Assembly: GCA_963663385.2 (NCBI GenBank)
Contig: CAXXXD010000004.1
Span: 128,001-192,000, forward strand
Direction of reading: 5' to 3'
Length of the DNA stretch: 64,000 nt
From: Oceanispirochaeta sp.
GTDB taxonomy: Bacteria; Spirochaetota; Spirochaetia; DSM-2461
Below the pieces are notes generated by a model. It did not search any database. It saw nothing but the letters and a program-made list of their open reading frames with translations, and was not told where the DNA came from. A program made the position numbers and the translations under genes. This document shows, piece by piece, positions 28,286-38,134 of this stretch; the first letter of the stretch is position 1, and each line of letters opens with the position of its first letter.

Positions 28286-29356
28286 ATGGATACTGATGAA
28301 TTAGTGGATAACGCTTCAGGTCAGTTGAAATCCGTATTGGAATCTCTAACTGGTTTAAGAGATGAAGTTCTGGATTCCTCAAGGAGTCTGGAGGAGAGGC
28401 TTGAGTCATACCAGGATATTATTGCCTCGGAGGTCGGGGACACCATCCTGAGCAGGATGAGAAATTTAGAGAGAAATGCGGGACTGAAACAGCTCTATAT
28501 CAAATTTGAAGGCAGTAACCCCTCCGGTTCACAGAAAGATCGAATTGCGTTTGCCCAGGTTGATGATGCCATGCGGAGGGGGTATAAAAAGATCGTATTT
28601 GCTACTTGCGGAAATTATGGCGTTGCTATTGCCTTTGCCGCATCTCTGGCCGGGATTGAATGTAAAATCTATATTCCGGAAACCTACCATACAAAGAGAG
28701 AAACTGAAATCCTGAAATTTGGAGTTCAAATTGTCAGAAGAGGCAAGGACTATGAAGAATCTGTTTATCTGTCCAGTCGAGAGGCTGTCGAGTTTGACTG
28801 TTATGATGCAAATCCGGGGGGAGTAAACACAAACCTGCAGATCAAAGCCTATGCAGAGATATCTTATGAAATTTACGATGAGTTGAGAGATGCTCCTGCC
28901 ATAGTGGCTGTTCCAGTATCAAACGGGACTACATTGACCGGGATTTACAGAGGATTTGTCTCTCTGTACAGAAGAGGGAAAACCTCAAGAATTCCCAGAA
29001 TAATAGCAGGTTCAAGTTCAAAGAAGAACCCCATTATTGTCTCTTTCAAACGGGGACTGGATGTTTGTGAAGATCTTGATCCGGCTACTGTGAAAGAATC
29101 GGTAGTCAACGAACCTTTGATTAACTGGCACTCAATAGATGGCAATATGGCATTGAGCGCCCTTAAAGAGTCACAGGGCTGGGCATCGGATGTCAGTGAC
29201 AAGAGCATGATGAAATATGCCAGTCTTCTTAAAAATCAGGAGGGATTGTCTGTTCTGCCGGCTTCAACAGCCGGTTTAATAGCCCTTGTGAAGTATAATG
29301 AAATGCAATCTCTTCCGGGAGATCGTTATGTCGCTGTTATTACAGGAAGGAAATAG
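28286..29356 (+). CDS. Fold-type II PLP-dependent enzyme (threonine-synthase-like)
   Basis: KFEGSNPSGSQKDR (PLP lysine), ATCGNYG, VPVSNGT, VITG. Confidence 0.85.
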   Translation: MDTDELVDNASGQLKSVLESLTGLRDEVLDSSRSLEERLESYQDIIASEVGDTILSRMRNLERNAGLKQLYIKFEGSNPSGSQKDRIAFAQVDDAMRRGYKKIVFATCGNYGVAIAFAASLAGIECKIYIPETYHTKRETEILKFGVQIVRRGKDYEESVYLSSREAVEFDCYDANPGGVNTNLQIKAYAEISYEIYDELRDAPAIVAVPVSNGTTLTGIYRGFVSLYRRGKTSRIPRIIAGSSSKKNPIIVSFKRGLDVCEDLDPATVKESVVNEPLINWHSIDGNMALSALKESQGWASDVSDKSMMKYASLLKNQEGLSVLPASTAGLIALVKYNEMQSLPGDRYVAVITGRK

Positions 29357-29358
29357 GT

Positions 29359-30429
29359 ATGTATATCGATGGTCATGCTGTTGTATATTGTGAGGGAGCT
29401 TTTGCATCGACATATGGGAAAACGGCTCATGGTCTTGTTCGCTATACGCAAAGGTATAATCTGGTTGCGGTCATTGACAGTAGTCTGGCCGGAAGGGATT
29501 CCGGGGATTTTCTTGATAATGCCCCTAATGGTATACCCATAGTCTCATCCCTTAATGAAGCATTTAAAGTAGCGAACTCTCAAACGGTAGAGTTATCCTA
29601 CTTTGTTCTGGGGATTGCCACTGATGGCGGATATTTAACTCAGGATATCAGGTCTGCTGTTATTGAAGCTCTGGAGTCTGGATTGAATGTTGATTCCGGA
29701 CTTCATGACTTTCTTAATGACGACAGGGAAATCAGACTCCTGGCTGAATCATACGGTCTTGGTATTCGTGATATCAGAAAACTGGACGGGAACAGCAACC
29801 ACATGTTCACTGGCAAGATTGAAGAGGTTAAAGCCATAAGAGTTGCGCTGCTTGGCACGGACTCAGCCATCGGAAAAAGGACGACAGCCTGGATAATTAC
29901 CAATGCCATGGCAGACAGGGGGCTCTCGGCAGAATTCATCGGAACAGGCCAGACGGCATGGCTGCAGGGGGCAGACTACAGTATTGTCATGGATTCATTA
30001 CTGAATGATTATGTCAGCGGTGAACTGGAACATATTGTGTGGAAGGCCTGGACTGAAAAAAAAATGGATTATGCCATAATTGAAGGTCAGGGCAGCCTCA
30101 TGAATCCCGGATATCCCGGTGGCTTTGAGATTTTGGCTGCGTGCAGACCCCACGGGATTATTCTTCAGCATTCTCCCTCCCGGAAGGAGTACGACGGATT
30201 TCCGGGGTATCCTCTGGATAGGATAGAGGACCAGATTCACGCTATTGAATTCCTGTCAAAAAAACCGGTAGTCGCCATTACAATTAATCATGAAGGTATC
30301 CGGCGTGATAAAATTGCTGAGGAGTGTCAGGCCCTGGAAAACAAGCTGGGGATACCAGTCGTTGATCCTCTGGTGGATGGTGCAGAACGGATTATTCCGG
30401 TTATTGAAGAGCTGAAAAATGAAAATTGA
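29359..30429 (+). CDS. DUF1611-family P-loop protein (DgcN-like)
   Basis: GKTAHGLVR, SGLH, GTDSAIGKRTT, GTGQT, EGQGSL. Confidence 0.85.
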   Translation: MYIDGHAVVYCEGAFASTYGKTAHGLVRYTQRYNLVAVIDSSLAGRDSGDFLDNAPNGIPIVSSLNEAFKVANSQTVELSYFVLGIATDGGYLTQDIRSAVIEALESGLNVDSGLHDFLNDDREIRLLAESYGLGIRDIRKLDGNSNHMFTGKIEEVKAIRVALLGTDSAIGKRTTAWIITNAMADRGLSAEFIGTGQTAWLQGADYSIVMDSLLNDYVSGELEHIVWKAWTEKKMDYAIIEGQGSLMNPGYPGGFEILAACRPHGIILQHSPSRKEYDGFPGYPLDRIEDQIHAIEFLSKKPVVAITINHEGIRRDKIAEECQALENKLGIPVVDPLVDGAERIIPVIEELKNEN

Positions 30430-31480
30430 TGATTTTGAAGTAGTAAAAGTCTGTTTACAGATGAAGGACCCCTATGAGGTCGCCTATGAAAAGTTTGACA
30501 AAGCAGAAAACCTGCTGATCAGAATCAGCGCCGGGAAACTGCATGGATGGGGGTGTATTGCTCCCGATCCTCATGTCACAGGCGAAAATATTGAAGACGT
30601 TTATAGAAAATCTTTAGAGATCCTTCCGGAAGTTCTTCTTAAAAGAGATCCCTTCAGGAAAGCGCTCATAATGAAATATCTGAAAGCGGCAGCTCCGGGG
30701 TTGTTCAGCCTCTGGGCAGGTGTTGATACGGCTCTCTGGGACCTGCTGGGCAAACAGGCCCATCTGCCAATCTGGAAAATCCTGGGAGGATATCGGAACT
30801 ATATCAGTACCAGTGTTACCATAGGTATCTGTGGAATCGACGAGACCCTGGAAAGGGCCCGGGATTTTGAGCTTCAGGGGTTTCATATTCTCAAGATAAA
30901 GGGCGGGAATGATGTTTCGGAGGATATAGCACGGCTTCAGGGACTCCGCTCGGCTCTGGGAACGGATATGAAAATCCGATTTGACGCAAATCAGGGTTAT
31001 TCTGTTGAAGAAGCTCTTTTCTTTGTCAAAAATATAAAAGAACTCGACATTCAGCTGTTTGAACAGCCGACGATTAAATCCAAACCCGATCAGTTGGGTG
31101 CAATTATAAATAAAACAAATATACCAATTATGGCAGACGAAAGCCTGGTTTCTCTTCTGGATGCTTTTTCTCTGGTAAAAAAAGGCCTGATAGATCTGAT
31201 GAATATTAAACTGATGAAAGTGGGCGGGATCACAGAGGCCATCCAGGTCGATGGTCTTGCAAGGGCCGCCGGAGTGGAGGTTATGGTCGGATGTATGGAC
31301 GAAGCGGCTTTGGGTATTTCAGCAGGTCTGCATTTTGCCCTCAGTCGAAAAAACATCAGGTTTGCAGACCTGGATGGCCATCTGGGATTGATTGATGATC
31401 CGTCAATAGAATGCATTTCATTAAACAGGGGGAAACTTTATCCTTCCGGTTCTCCCGGATTCGGCTGGGCAGGGATGTAG
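30419..31480 (+). CDS. Dipeptide epimerase / racemase, enolase superfamily (AEE/DgcA-like)
   Basis: KIK, DANQG, EQP, ADES, NIKLMK, GCM, DLDG. Confidence 0.88.
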   Translation: MKIDDFEVVKVCLQMKDPYEVAYEKFDKAENLLIRISAGKLHGWGCIAPDPHVTGENIEDVYRKSLEILPEVLLKRDPFRKALIMKYLKAAAPGLFSLWAGVDTALWDLLGKQAHLPIWKILGGYRNYISTSVTIGICGIDETLERARDFELQGFHILKIKGGNDVSEDIARLQGLRSALGTDMKIRFDANQGYSVEEALFFVKNIKELDIQLFEQPTIKSKPDQLGAIINKTNIPIMADESLVSLLDAFSLVKKGLIDLMNIKLMKVGGITEAIQVDGLARAAGVEVMVGCMDEAALGISAGLHFALSRKNIRFADLDGHLGLIDDPSIECISLNRGKLYPSGSPGFGWAGM

Positions 31481-31523
31481 GGTCCCTCTATAATGCCATC
31501 CATTCCGGTAATGACTTACAGGG

Positions 31524-32588
31524 TTAGAACCATTTTTTCCGCTTGAAAATGAAAATCATAACTCCGGCTAAACCAATAAGCAGCAGCCAGAAATAGAGAT
31601 AACCGTATCGCAGGTGCAGTTCCGGTATAAAATCGAAATTTGTCCCGTAAATTCCGGTAATAAGGGTCAATGGTAAGAAAACGACCGAAAATACGGTTAG
31701 AAATTTAATAGTCTCGTTCAGCTTGTCATTCATCAATCCGTTATACCTGGCCAGGTATTCATTGCATATCTCTTTGTACAGGTCTATTGTTTCAATAACC
31801 TGGGTCATATTTGCTATAAGGTCAGAAAAATAGATCCTGTACTTCTCTTCGATTAGTGGTTGAGATTCTTTCAGAAGGATTCGTAATGCTTCTCTGGCTG
31901 GTCTGACAGCTTTCCCTAAATACAATAATTCCTTTTTAGAGGCCTGTATGGATCCAAGGACTTTTTCATCGGCACTAACCGTGAGCATTTCTTCTGTTTT
32001 TTCTATTCTTTCTGCCAGATTCTGCATGATGTCGATGTAATTATCGGTAATTGAATCCAGAAGAGAGTATGCCAGATATATTGTATTCTCTTTCCGGACT
32101 TTACCAAGGTTCTCATGAAGCCGTTTCCTTACTGAATCAAACACATCGCCCGGATGTTCCTGGAAGGTCAGTAATACGTGACTGCCGGCAATCATGCCGA
32201 TCTGCTCCGATTGTACGAGTTCCTTACCTGCATTATAGTTAAGCATCTTTATCGAAAGGAAGAATCCTCCGGGAAGTTCTTCGGCTTTGGGTCTTAGAGT
32301 TGTGTTCAGGATGTCCGCCATGGTGAGCTGGGGAATAGAAAAAAGATCTCTTATCCCCGAAAGCTTCTCAATATCTTCCAACCCATCGCAGTTGATCCAT
32401 CTATTGAGGGGCGTGTCGGTATCCAGTGTCCGTTGAGGTAATCCGGCGACCCTTAGTTCTTCAATCGAATCTCCGGAATAGAGAATTTCATGTATCTCGG
32501 TATTTTTAAGAACTTTTGTTCCGATGTAAACCAATTCTCCTGGACGTCTCCCAAGGAGTTCTGATCTTTTTTTGAAAAAACGGGCCAT
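31524..32588 (-). CDS. corA: CorA-family divalent cation transporter (GTN variant)
   Basis: PGELVYIG, TFQE..GDVF, two C-terminal TMs with IYGTNF..IPEL, KRKKWF end; probable start ATG 32588. Confidence 0.88.
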   Translation of the reverse strand: MARFFKKRSELLGRRPGELVYIGTKVLKNTEIHEILYSGDSIEELRVAGLPQRTLDTDTPLNRWINCDGLEDIEKLSGIRDLFSIPQLTMADILNTTLRPKAEELPGGFFLSIKMLNYNAGKELVQSEQIGMIAGSHVLLTFQEHPGDVFDSVRKRLHENLGKVRKENTIYLAYSLLDSITDNYIDIMQNLAERIEKTEEMLTVSADEKVLGSIQASKKELLYLGKAVRPAREALRILLKESQPLIEEKYRIYFSDLIANMTQVIETIDLYKEICNEYLARYNGLMNDKLNETIKFLTVFSVVFLPLTLITGIYGTNFDFIPELHLRYGYLYFWLLLIGLAGVMIFIFKRKKWF

Positions 32589-32680
32589 AGGCTGCTCCTG
32601 AATAATTATAGTGTCAAGTTTGAAATACCTTTTACATATACAGTATAATGCAATTATTATTAAATGGTGAGGTTGCAGCA

Positions 32681-33421
32681 ATGGGAAGGATTCCGATCCC
32701 CTGGGGACAACTGGACATCAGGGATAAAAAAGAGATTGATTTACCATTTGAACAGAAAGTTTCTCTGCAGAGGCTGGAAGATGAAGTGATTGTGACAAAA
32801 GCCCTGCATTCCGAGAATACAACGTATCGTTTTATTGTCGGAAAGAACAATCATATCTATCTTCAGCCCAGCCTCCCCGATTTGCCGATTACGATTAAAC
32901 CGGAACAGATCACATCAATACTGCCGGGATGCAGGATGGAGGTCTTTATCGAGGTTCCCCTTCTGCTTTCTGTATACTACGGGACTAACTCCAGAAAGGA
33001 ACTATTAATGGAATTCCCGCTAGAGCCGTTATCCCGAAGCTTCTTTGGAAGCCCCGACAATGGCGAGATCTCCTACTTTCTGGAGAGCCCGCTATTGTGC
33101 GAATATGAAGCCTATGAGAATAAGGATTCCAGTATATACTGCCCTGTTGCTATCACCAATAAGTCACTGCAGAAACTGGATGTAGAACGCATGATTGTGA
33201 GAGTTCCTCTCCTGTCAATCTTTTCCTGCAAGGATTCTCTGCTTAGCAGTCCTGTTTCTATTGTATTCAGGGGAGCTGATATGGTCAGCCAGATCAGTTA
33301 TTTAAAATACGGCAGTGAAAAAAAGCAGCAGGTAGTTCCGGTTGCACCACCCCGGCAGAATGATGATAAAAGTCTTATAAAAAAGAGCTTTTATTTCTTC
33401 AAAACTCTATATACAGGATAA
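32681..33421 (+). CDS. DUF432-like hypothetical protein
   Basis: Soluble protein with FGSPDNGEISY, coupled to an MscS gene; GAGG SD before ATG 32681. Confidence 0.55.
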   Translation: MGRIPIPWGQLDIRDKKEIDLPFEQKVSLQRLEDEVIVTKALHSENTTYRFIVGKNNHIYLQPSLPDLPITIKPEQITSILPGCRMEVFIEVPLLLSVYYGTNSRKELLMEFPLEPLSRSFFGSPDNGEISYFLESPLLCEYEAYENKDSSIYCPVAITNKSLQKLDVERMIVRVPLLSIFSCKDSLLSSPVSIVFRGADMVSQISYLKYGSEKKQQVVPVAPPRQNDDKSLIKKSFYFFKTLYTG

Positions 33422-33424
33422 ACT

Positions 33425-34255
33425 ATGCCGATTTTGAATTTTCAGGCTGTTGCAACGCTATTTGAGAATTTCCAGTTCCGGAAGGTTCTGGAGGTCTTTC
33501 TTATTCTCTTTTCCGGCTGGATAATTATCAGAGTTATCCTGCTTCTGGTCATAAGAGTCTTCATGAAGAACTCAGGTGTCCAGAATCAGATGCTGATAAG
33601 AAAATTTATTAATTATACAGGATTCGGAATCATCCTTATAATCGTGCTTGCGGAACTGGGAATAAAACTCGGCGCTCTACTGGGTGCTGCGGGAATAATG
33701 GGTATTGCAATTGGTGTGGCGTCACAGAAGAGTCTTGGAAATATTATCAGCGGGTTCTTTATGGTGGCGGAAAAAAGCTTTGAAATCGGGGATGTTATAA
33801 AGGTCGGTGATAAAATCGGTGTGGTTTATTCGATAGAGCTGCTCTCTATCATGTTAAAGACCTTTGATAACCTCCTTATCCGGATTCCCCATGAGACACT
33901 GATTTCATCGGATGTTATAAATATTACCAGATTTCCCATAAGACGAATGGATCTGTTTATTACTGTCTCCTACGATCAGGATATTGATTCTGTTATGAGG
34001 GAACTGGAGCAGGCTTACAGGAAGAATGTATTTTGTCTGGATGAACCTAAGCCATTCCTGCTGGTGAAGGATTTTCAGGATTCAGGCATCATGATCCAGT
34101 TTGGTGTCTGGTTTGAAAAAGACTGCTATGTTCAGGTTCGGAATTCGATCATGTCAGATATTCTGAAAACCTTCAGAAATGCCGGGATTACCATTCCCTA
34201 CCCCCATGTTGAAATCGTATACGATCAGAATAAAGAATATAATTTTACTGAGTGA
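33425..34255 (+). CDS. mscS: Small-conductance mechanosensitive channel (MscS family)
   Basis: GAAGIMGIAIGVASQKSLGNIISG, FEIGDVI, GITIPYP. Confidence 0.9.
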   Translation: MPILNFQAVATLFENFQFRKVLEVFLILFSGWIIIRVILLLVIRVFMKNSGVQNQMLIRKFINYTGFGIILIIVLAELGIKLGALLGAAGIMGIAIGVASQKSLGNIISGFFMVAEKSFEIGDVIKVGDKIGVVYSIELLSIMLKTFDNLLIRIPHETLISSDVINITRFPIRRMDLFITVSYDQDIDSVMRELEQAYRKNVFCLDEPKPFLLVKDFQDSGIMIQFGVWFEKDCYVQVRNSIMSDILKTFRNAGITIPYPHVEIVYDQNKEYNFTE

Positions 34256-34392
34256 TGAAGAAAGAATGAAGGTGTTTGTCCTCTCCTGTCTTTAGGCTCC
34301 TCCGGTTTGACAGAGCCAGCGGGGCTACTTATAATTATTATATCAGAAATTATAAAGCCGATACTGTTGAATTGAGATTAAGGAAACTTAAG

Positions 34393-35499
34393 ATGTATAA
34401 GAAGCTTATTGCTTTGGGACTAGTGGTCAGTCTCTGTATTGTATCCCTTATTCTTATTATTTACAGGCCTGCAAAAATCGGGATTATCCTTTCGAACGAA
34501 ACCACTATGGGGTACGAGGAAAATCTGGCTATCAAGTATTATCAGTCCAGATACCCGCGTGCAGGAAAATATCCTCTCAGATTCTATATTGAAACCCCTG
34601 CTGCTCTGGAGGAAGATCTCTACCGGGAGGCTTATTATAAGCTGAAAGACCAAGGGGTTTCCATCATTCTTAGTGGTGAACTCAGCCAGACCGCCATGTT
34701 TGTTGCTCCACTGGCAGAAGAGACGGGGATCCCCACTTTCGGGATCACCTCATCCAGCCATGAATTGAGCGGGAAAGCCGACAATTTTTACCGTATCGTA
34801 ACTCCTACGGATGATATCGGTAGCTACATGGGTGAATATGTAAGCAGTCTGGATTTTAAGAAAGTTGCAATGATCACTTCTGTAGAAAATGCGATCTATG
34901 CTGACGCATTTGCCAGCAGTTTTACCCAAACGTTTTCGGGTATTACCAGACATATCCCATTTAATAATTATCAGAGAGTTATGGACGAGATCGAGTTATT
35001 CAATCCCGAGGCTGTGTTCTGCGTTCTTCCTGTAACTACTCTGATGCAGATCATTAAAGGGATTCGGAAGGAGTATGGGGATAAAGAAATTTTTTCATCC
35101 GACTGGGGCTTTATGCAGCTGATTTCTGTTTTTTCCGGTCCCCAGCTGAATGGTATCACAGCGCTATATCATTCGGGAGAAATCCCTGAACAGTATCGGG
35201 ATATTATACGGGAATTTGAGGAGCTTTACAGCATTGAGTCAACTTATAGTTCTCATAACACAATATCCATACTGAATATGATTCTGAATGCGATAAGAGA
35301 AGTCGGTCCTGACTCTGCGAAAATCATTAAATATTTTAATGAACCACGATATTATGATTCTCTGATGGGATCATTGTATATGGATGAATATGGTGATTCG
35401 AATCTGCAATACCACTATGTCTATCAGATTATGGATGATAAACTGGAATTGAGAAGAAAAATAGAAGACAGGGAGTATCGTAGACATCTTGAAAAATGA
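34393..35499 (+). CDS. LivJ-like periplasmic binding protein, orphan, coupled to a hybrid kinase
   Basis: N-terminal TM, KIGII, GIPTFGITSSS...DNFYRI; stop overlaps the kinase start. Confidence 0.7.
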   Translation: MYKKLIALGLVVSLCIVSLILIIYRPAKIGIILSNETTMGYEENLAIKYYQSRYPRAGKYPLRFYIETPAALEEDLYREAYYKLKDQGVSIILSGELSQTAMFVAPLAEETGIPTFGITSSSHELSGKADNFYRIVTPTDDIGSYMGEYVSSLDFKKVAMITSVENAIYADAFASSFTQTFSGITRHIPFNNYQRVMDEIELFNPEAVFCVLPVTTLMQIIKGIRKEYGDKEIFSSDWGFMQLISVFSGPQLNGITALYHSGEIPEQYRDIIREFEELYSIESTYSSHNTISILNMILNAIREVGPDSAKIIKYFNEPRYYDSLMGSLYMDEYGDSNLQYHYVYQIMDDKLELRRKIEDREYRRHLEK

Positions 35500-38014
35500 T
35501 TCATTTCAGATTAAGTTGCTTAACCATTCCCTTTCCATCCTTCTGAAACGATCCTGGATAACAATGCTTTTCATCACTTTTTTTCTCTTGACCATGATCG
35601 CCCATGTGACAGTCCGTTCTCTGATTCAGCAACGTGAAATATGGCTATCTCAATTTGAAATGAAGATTCAGGAGATTGAAGATCGGTTACATGGTGATAT
35701 TGAACCAATGTCCAATCATCCTTACCGGTCTGCTTTGGTTCTGGATAGATCTGGTAATGTAATCCGGGCCGATCCATTGGCTTTGGAAGGGATTAATATC
35801 AAAAGCAGTATTGTCTTTAAAAGGATAAATACTCTGGGAAAATATAATATTCTGATCCTTGTATTTCCGGATCTTCATGATGGAAAGAATTCAATATACT
35901 TTGTAAAAAAATCAGGTGAAGAGTATTCAGTTCGCACCTATCTCCCGGAATCCTTTTTCCCGGGGATCCCTGAAGATGTAATCCTGCAGATAAAAAGCGG
36001 AGATCTTGTTCTCTACTCCTCCCAGGCAAATCAGACAGGACAGATCTCGTCCTCTTCTCTAATCAGTCTGCAGTCCCGGCGGTTTTATATTGTCAGCGAC
36101 AAACAGCTGAACAACTCCGATAATCTGAATCTTGTTATCTTACTGGATATAACAGGCTCCTTTTATTCCGTTCTACTCCTCATCCCGTTTCTGATTGTCT
36201 TGATTTATCTGTTTATCCGTTCTTCCCGCAGAATCCGGAAGGAACTTAAAACTCTCGACGAAGAGCAATCCGATTTGACCCGTTTAATCGAAAACCTATC
36301 TCACAAATCACTTACCGAAACTTTTGATCTTACCTCCCGTCTGGAAGGGCTTATAGATTCATTCCGGGAACTAAAGGATCGGATTGGACAGAAGACATTC
36401 CTCTTCAGTGAGCACAGGGAGTACCTTTCCATTCTGTCTTCATTTATTGAGGATATTTTTCTGCTCCTGGAAAAAGTCAGTATGGATTCCTATTCTCTCA
36501 AACGGATGGAATCCTATCTCTCAAACGTGATAAACTCTATGCCTTCCCTTATCTTTGCTCTGGATCCCCAGTGGAGGGTAACTCAATGGAATCAGGAGGC
36601 TGTCAATCGCACTCAAATCCTAAGGGAACAGGCGTTGGGATGTCCTCTGGAGCAGATTCTTCCCCGCTTAATACCGCTGAAAGACTTGATGGAAAAAGCC
36701 CTTTCTTCCGGAGAAATACAATCTCTTTCCCATCAGAGACACAGCAGTGAAAAAGGGATATGCTATGAAAATATCACAATCTTTCCTTTAACGGCCAATG
36801 GTGCTCAAGGCGTAGTTATCCGAATCGACGATGTAACGGAAAATGTTAAACTTCAGGAAAATCTGATGCATAGCCAGAAAATGGATGCTATCGGTCAGTT
36901 AGCGGGAGGGATTGCTCATGATTTTAATAATATGCTAGGCGGTATTATTGGGGCTATGGAGTATATTCGGCCTTACTGTCCAACAGAAGGAGATGTTCCC
37001 GAGTTTATCGATCTCATTTTTGAAGCTACAAAGCGAGCATCCGATCTTGCCAAAGATCTATTGGCTTTTTCCAGAAAAAAACCGGTCAGTTCCACTTCGG
37101 TAAACATACATTACGTGATTCAGAGTTCTCTGGCTATCCTGGAAAAAACGCTGGATAAACGGATTACCATCAAATCCAATCTGCAGGCTGAGAGATGCTG
37201 GATAATCGGTGATGATTCGCAACTGCAGAATATATTTATGAATCTGGGAATTAATGCCTCTCATGCCATGCCAGATGGAGGAGAGCTCACCTTTGCCTCT
37301 GAGAATGTGGATTTGACTCAGGTCGATTGTTCAGTCAGACCCTTTGATCTGAATCCGGGAGCATACATCAGTATTTATGTCCGGGATACCGGGACCGGAA
37401 TTCCAAAAGATCTTATCAGCAAGGTCTTTGAGCCTTTCTTTACCACTAAAGAACAAGGAAAAGGGACCGGTCTGGGATTGGCTGCGGTGTATGGAACGAT
37501 TCAGAGGCACAGGGGGTCTATTACCCTATACAGCGAGGAAAAGGTGGGAACCAGTTTTCATATTCTTCTCCCTCTTTCTGAAAACATGAACAATGAATCC
37601 CCTGAAACTGATTCTCCTATTCTAGAGGGGCAGGGGAATATCCTTCTTGTAGATGACGAAAAAATCATGCTGAATACCGGCAAAACCCTTTTGAAGGAGA
37701 TGGGATATCAGGTCACAACCGCTGCAAACGGTTCTGAGGCTCTGGATATTTTCAGCAGGGAAGATGCTGAATTCGATCTTGTTATTCTGGACATGATAAT
37801 GCCGGTAATGAATGGAAAGGATTGTTTTTTCAAGCTTCGGGAGAAAAACCCTTTAATTCCGGTGATAATTGCTTCCGGTTTTGCCCGGGAGGAGGAGTTG
37901 GATCTTTTAAAAAAATCTGGTTGTTCCGGTTTCATATCCAAGCCCTACCGATCTGTGGAACTCAGTAGGATCATATCCCACACTCTGAAGAATACAAAAC
38001 GAAGAGTTGAGTAG
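35489..38014 (+). CDS. Hybrid sensor histidine kinase (TM-PAS-HisKA-HATPase-REC)
   Basis: AHDFNNML, FEPFFTTK, GTGLGL, VDDE...DMIMP. Confidence 0.92.
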   Translation: MKNDSFQIKLLNHSLSILLKRSWITMLFITFFLLTMIAHVTVRSLIQQREIWLSQFEMKIQEIEDRLHGDIEPMSNHPYRSALVLDRSGNVIRADPLALEGINIKSSIVFKRINTLGKYNILILVFPDLHDGKNSIYFVKKSGEEYSVRTYLPESFFPGIPEDVILQIKSGDLVLYSSQANQTGQISSSSLISLQSRRFYIVSDKQLNNSDNLNLVILLDITGSFYSVLLLIPFLIVLIYLFIRSSRRIRKELKTLDEEQSDLTRLIENLSHKSLTETFDLTSRLEGLIDSFRELKDRIGQKTFLFSEHREYLSILSSFIEDIFLLLEKVSMDSYSLKRMESYLSNVINSMPSLIFALDPQWRVTQWNQEAVNRTQILREQALGCPLEQILPRLIPLKDLMEKALSSGEIQSLSHQRHSSEKGICYENITIFPLTANGAQGVVIRIDDVTENVKLQENLMHSQKMDAIGQLAGGIAHDFNNMLGGIIGAMEYIRPYCPTEGDVPEFIDLIFEATKRASDLAKDLLAFSRKKPVSSTSVNIHYVIQSSLAILEKTLDKRITIKSNLQAERCWIIGDDSQLQNIFMNLGINASHAMPDGGELTFASENVDLTQVDCSVRPFDLNPGAYISIYVRDTGTGIPKDLISKVFEPFFTTKEQGKGTGLGLAAVYGTIQRHRGSITLYSEEKVGTSFHILLPLSENMNNESPETDSPILEGQGNILLVDDEKIMLNTGKTLLKEMGYQVTTAANGSEALDIFSREDAEFDLVILDMIMPVMNGKDCFFKLREKNPLIPVIIASGFAREEELDLLKKSGCSGFISKPYRSVELSRIISHTLKNTKRRVE

Positions 38015-38134
38015 ATCCTGTCTGGATTATTGATTCCTGTTCTTAATCCTGACTGAAACCCTACTAAAAATAAACTTCTTGACGAATCTGTTTATCTATC
38101 TGAAAATTATTTTATATTCATAAGGAGGCTATTC

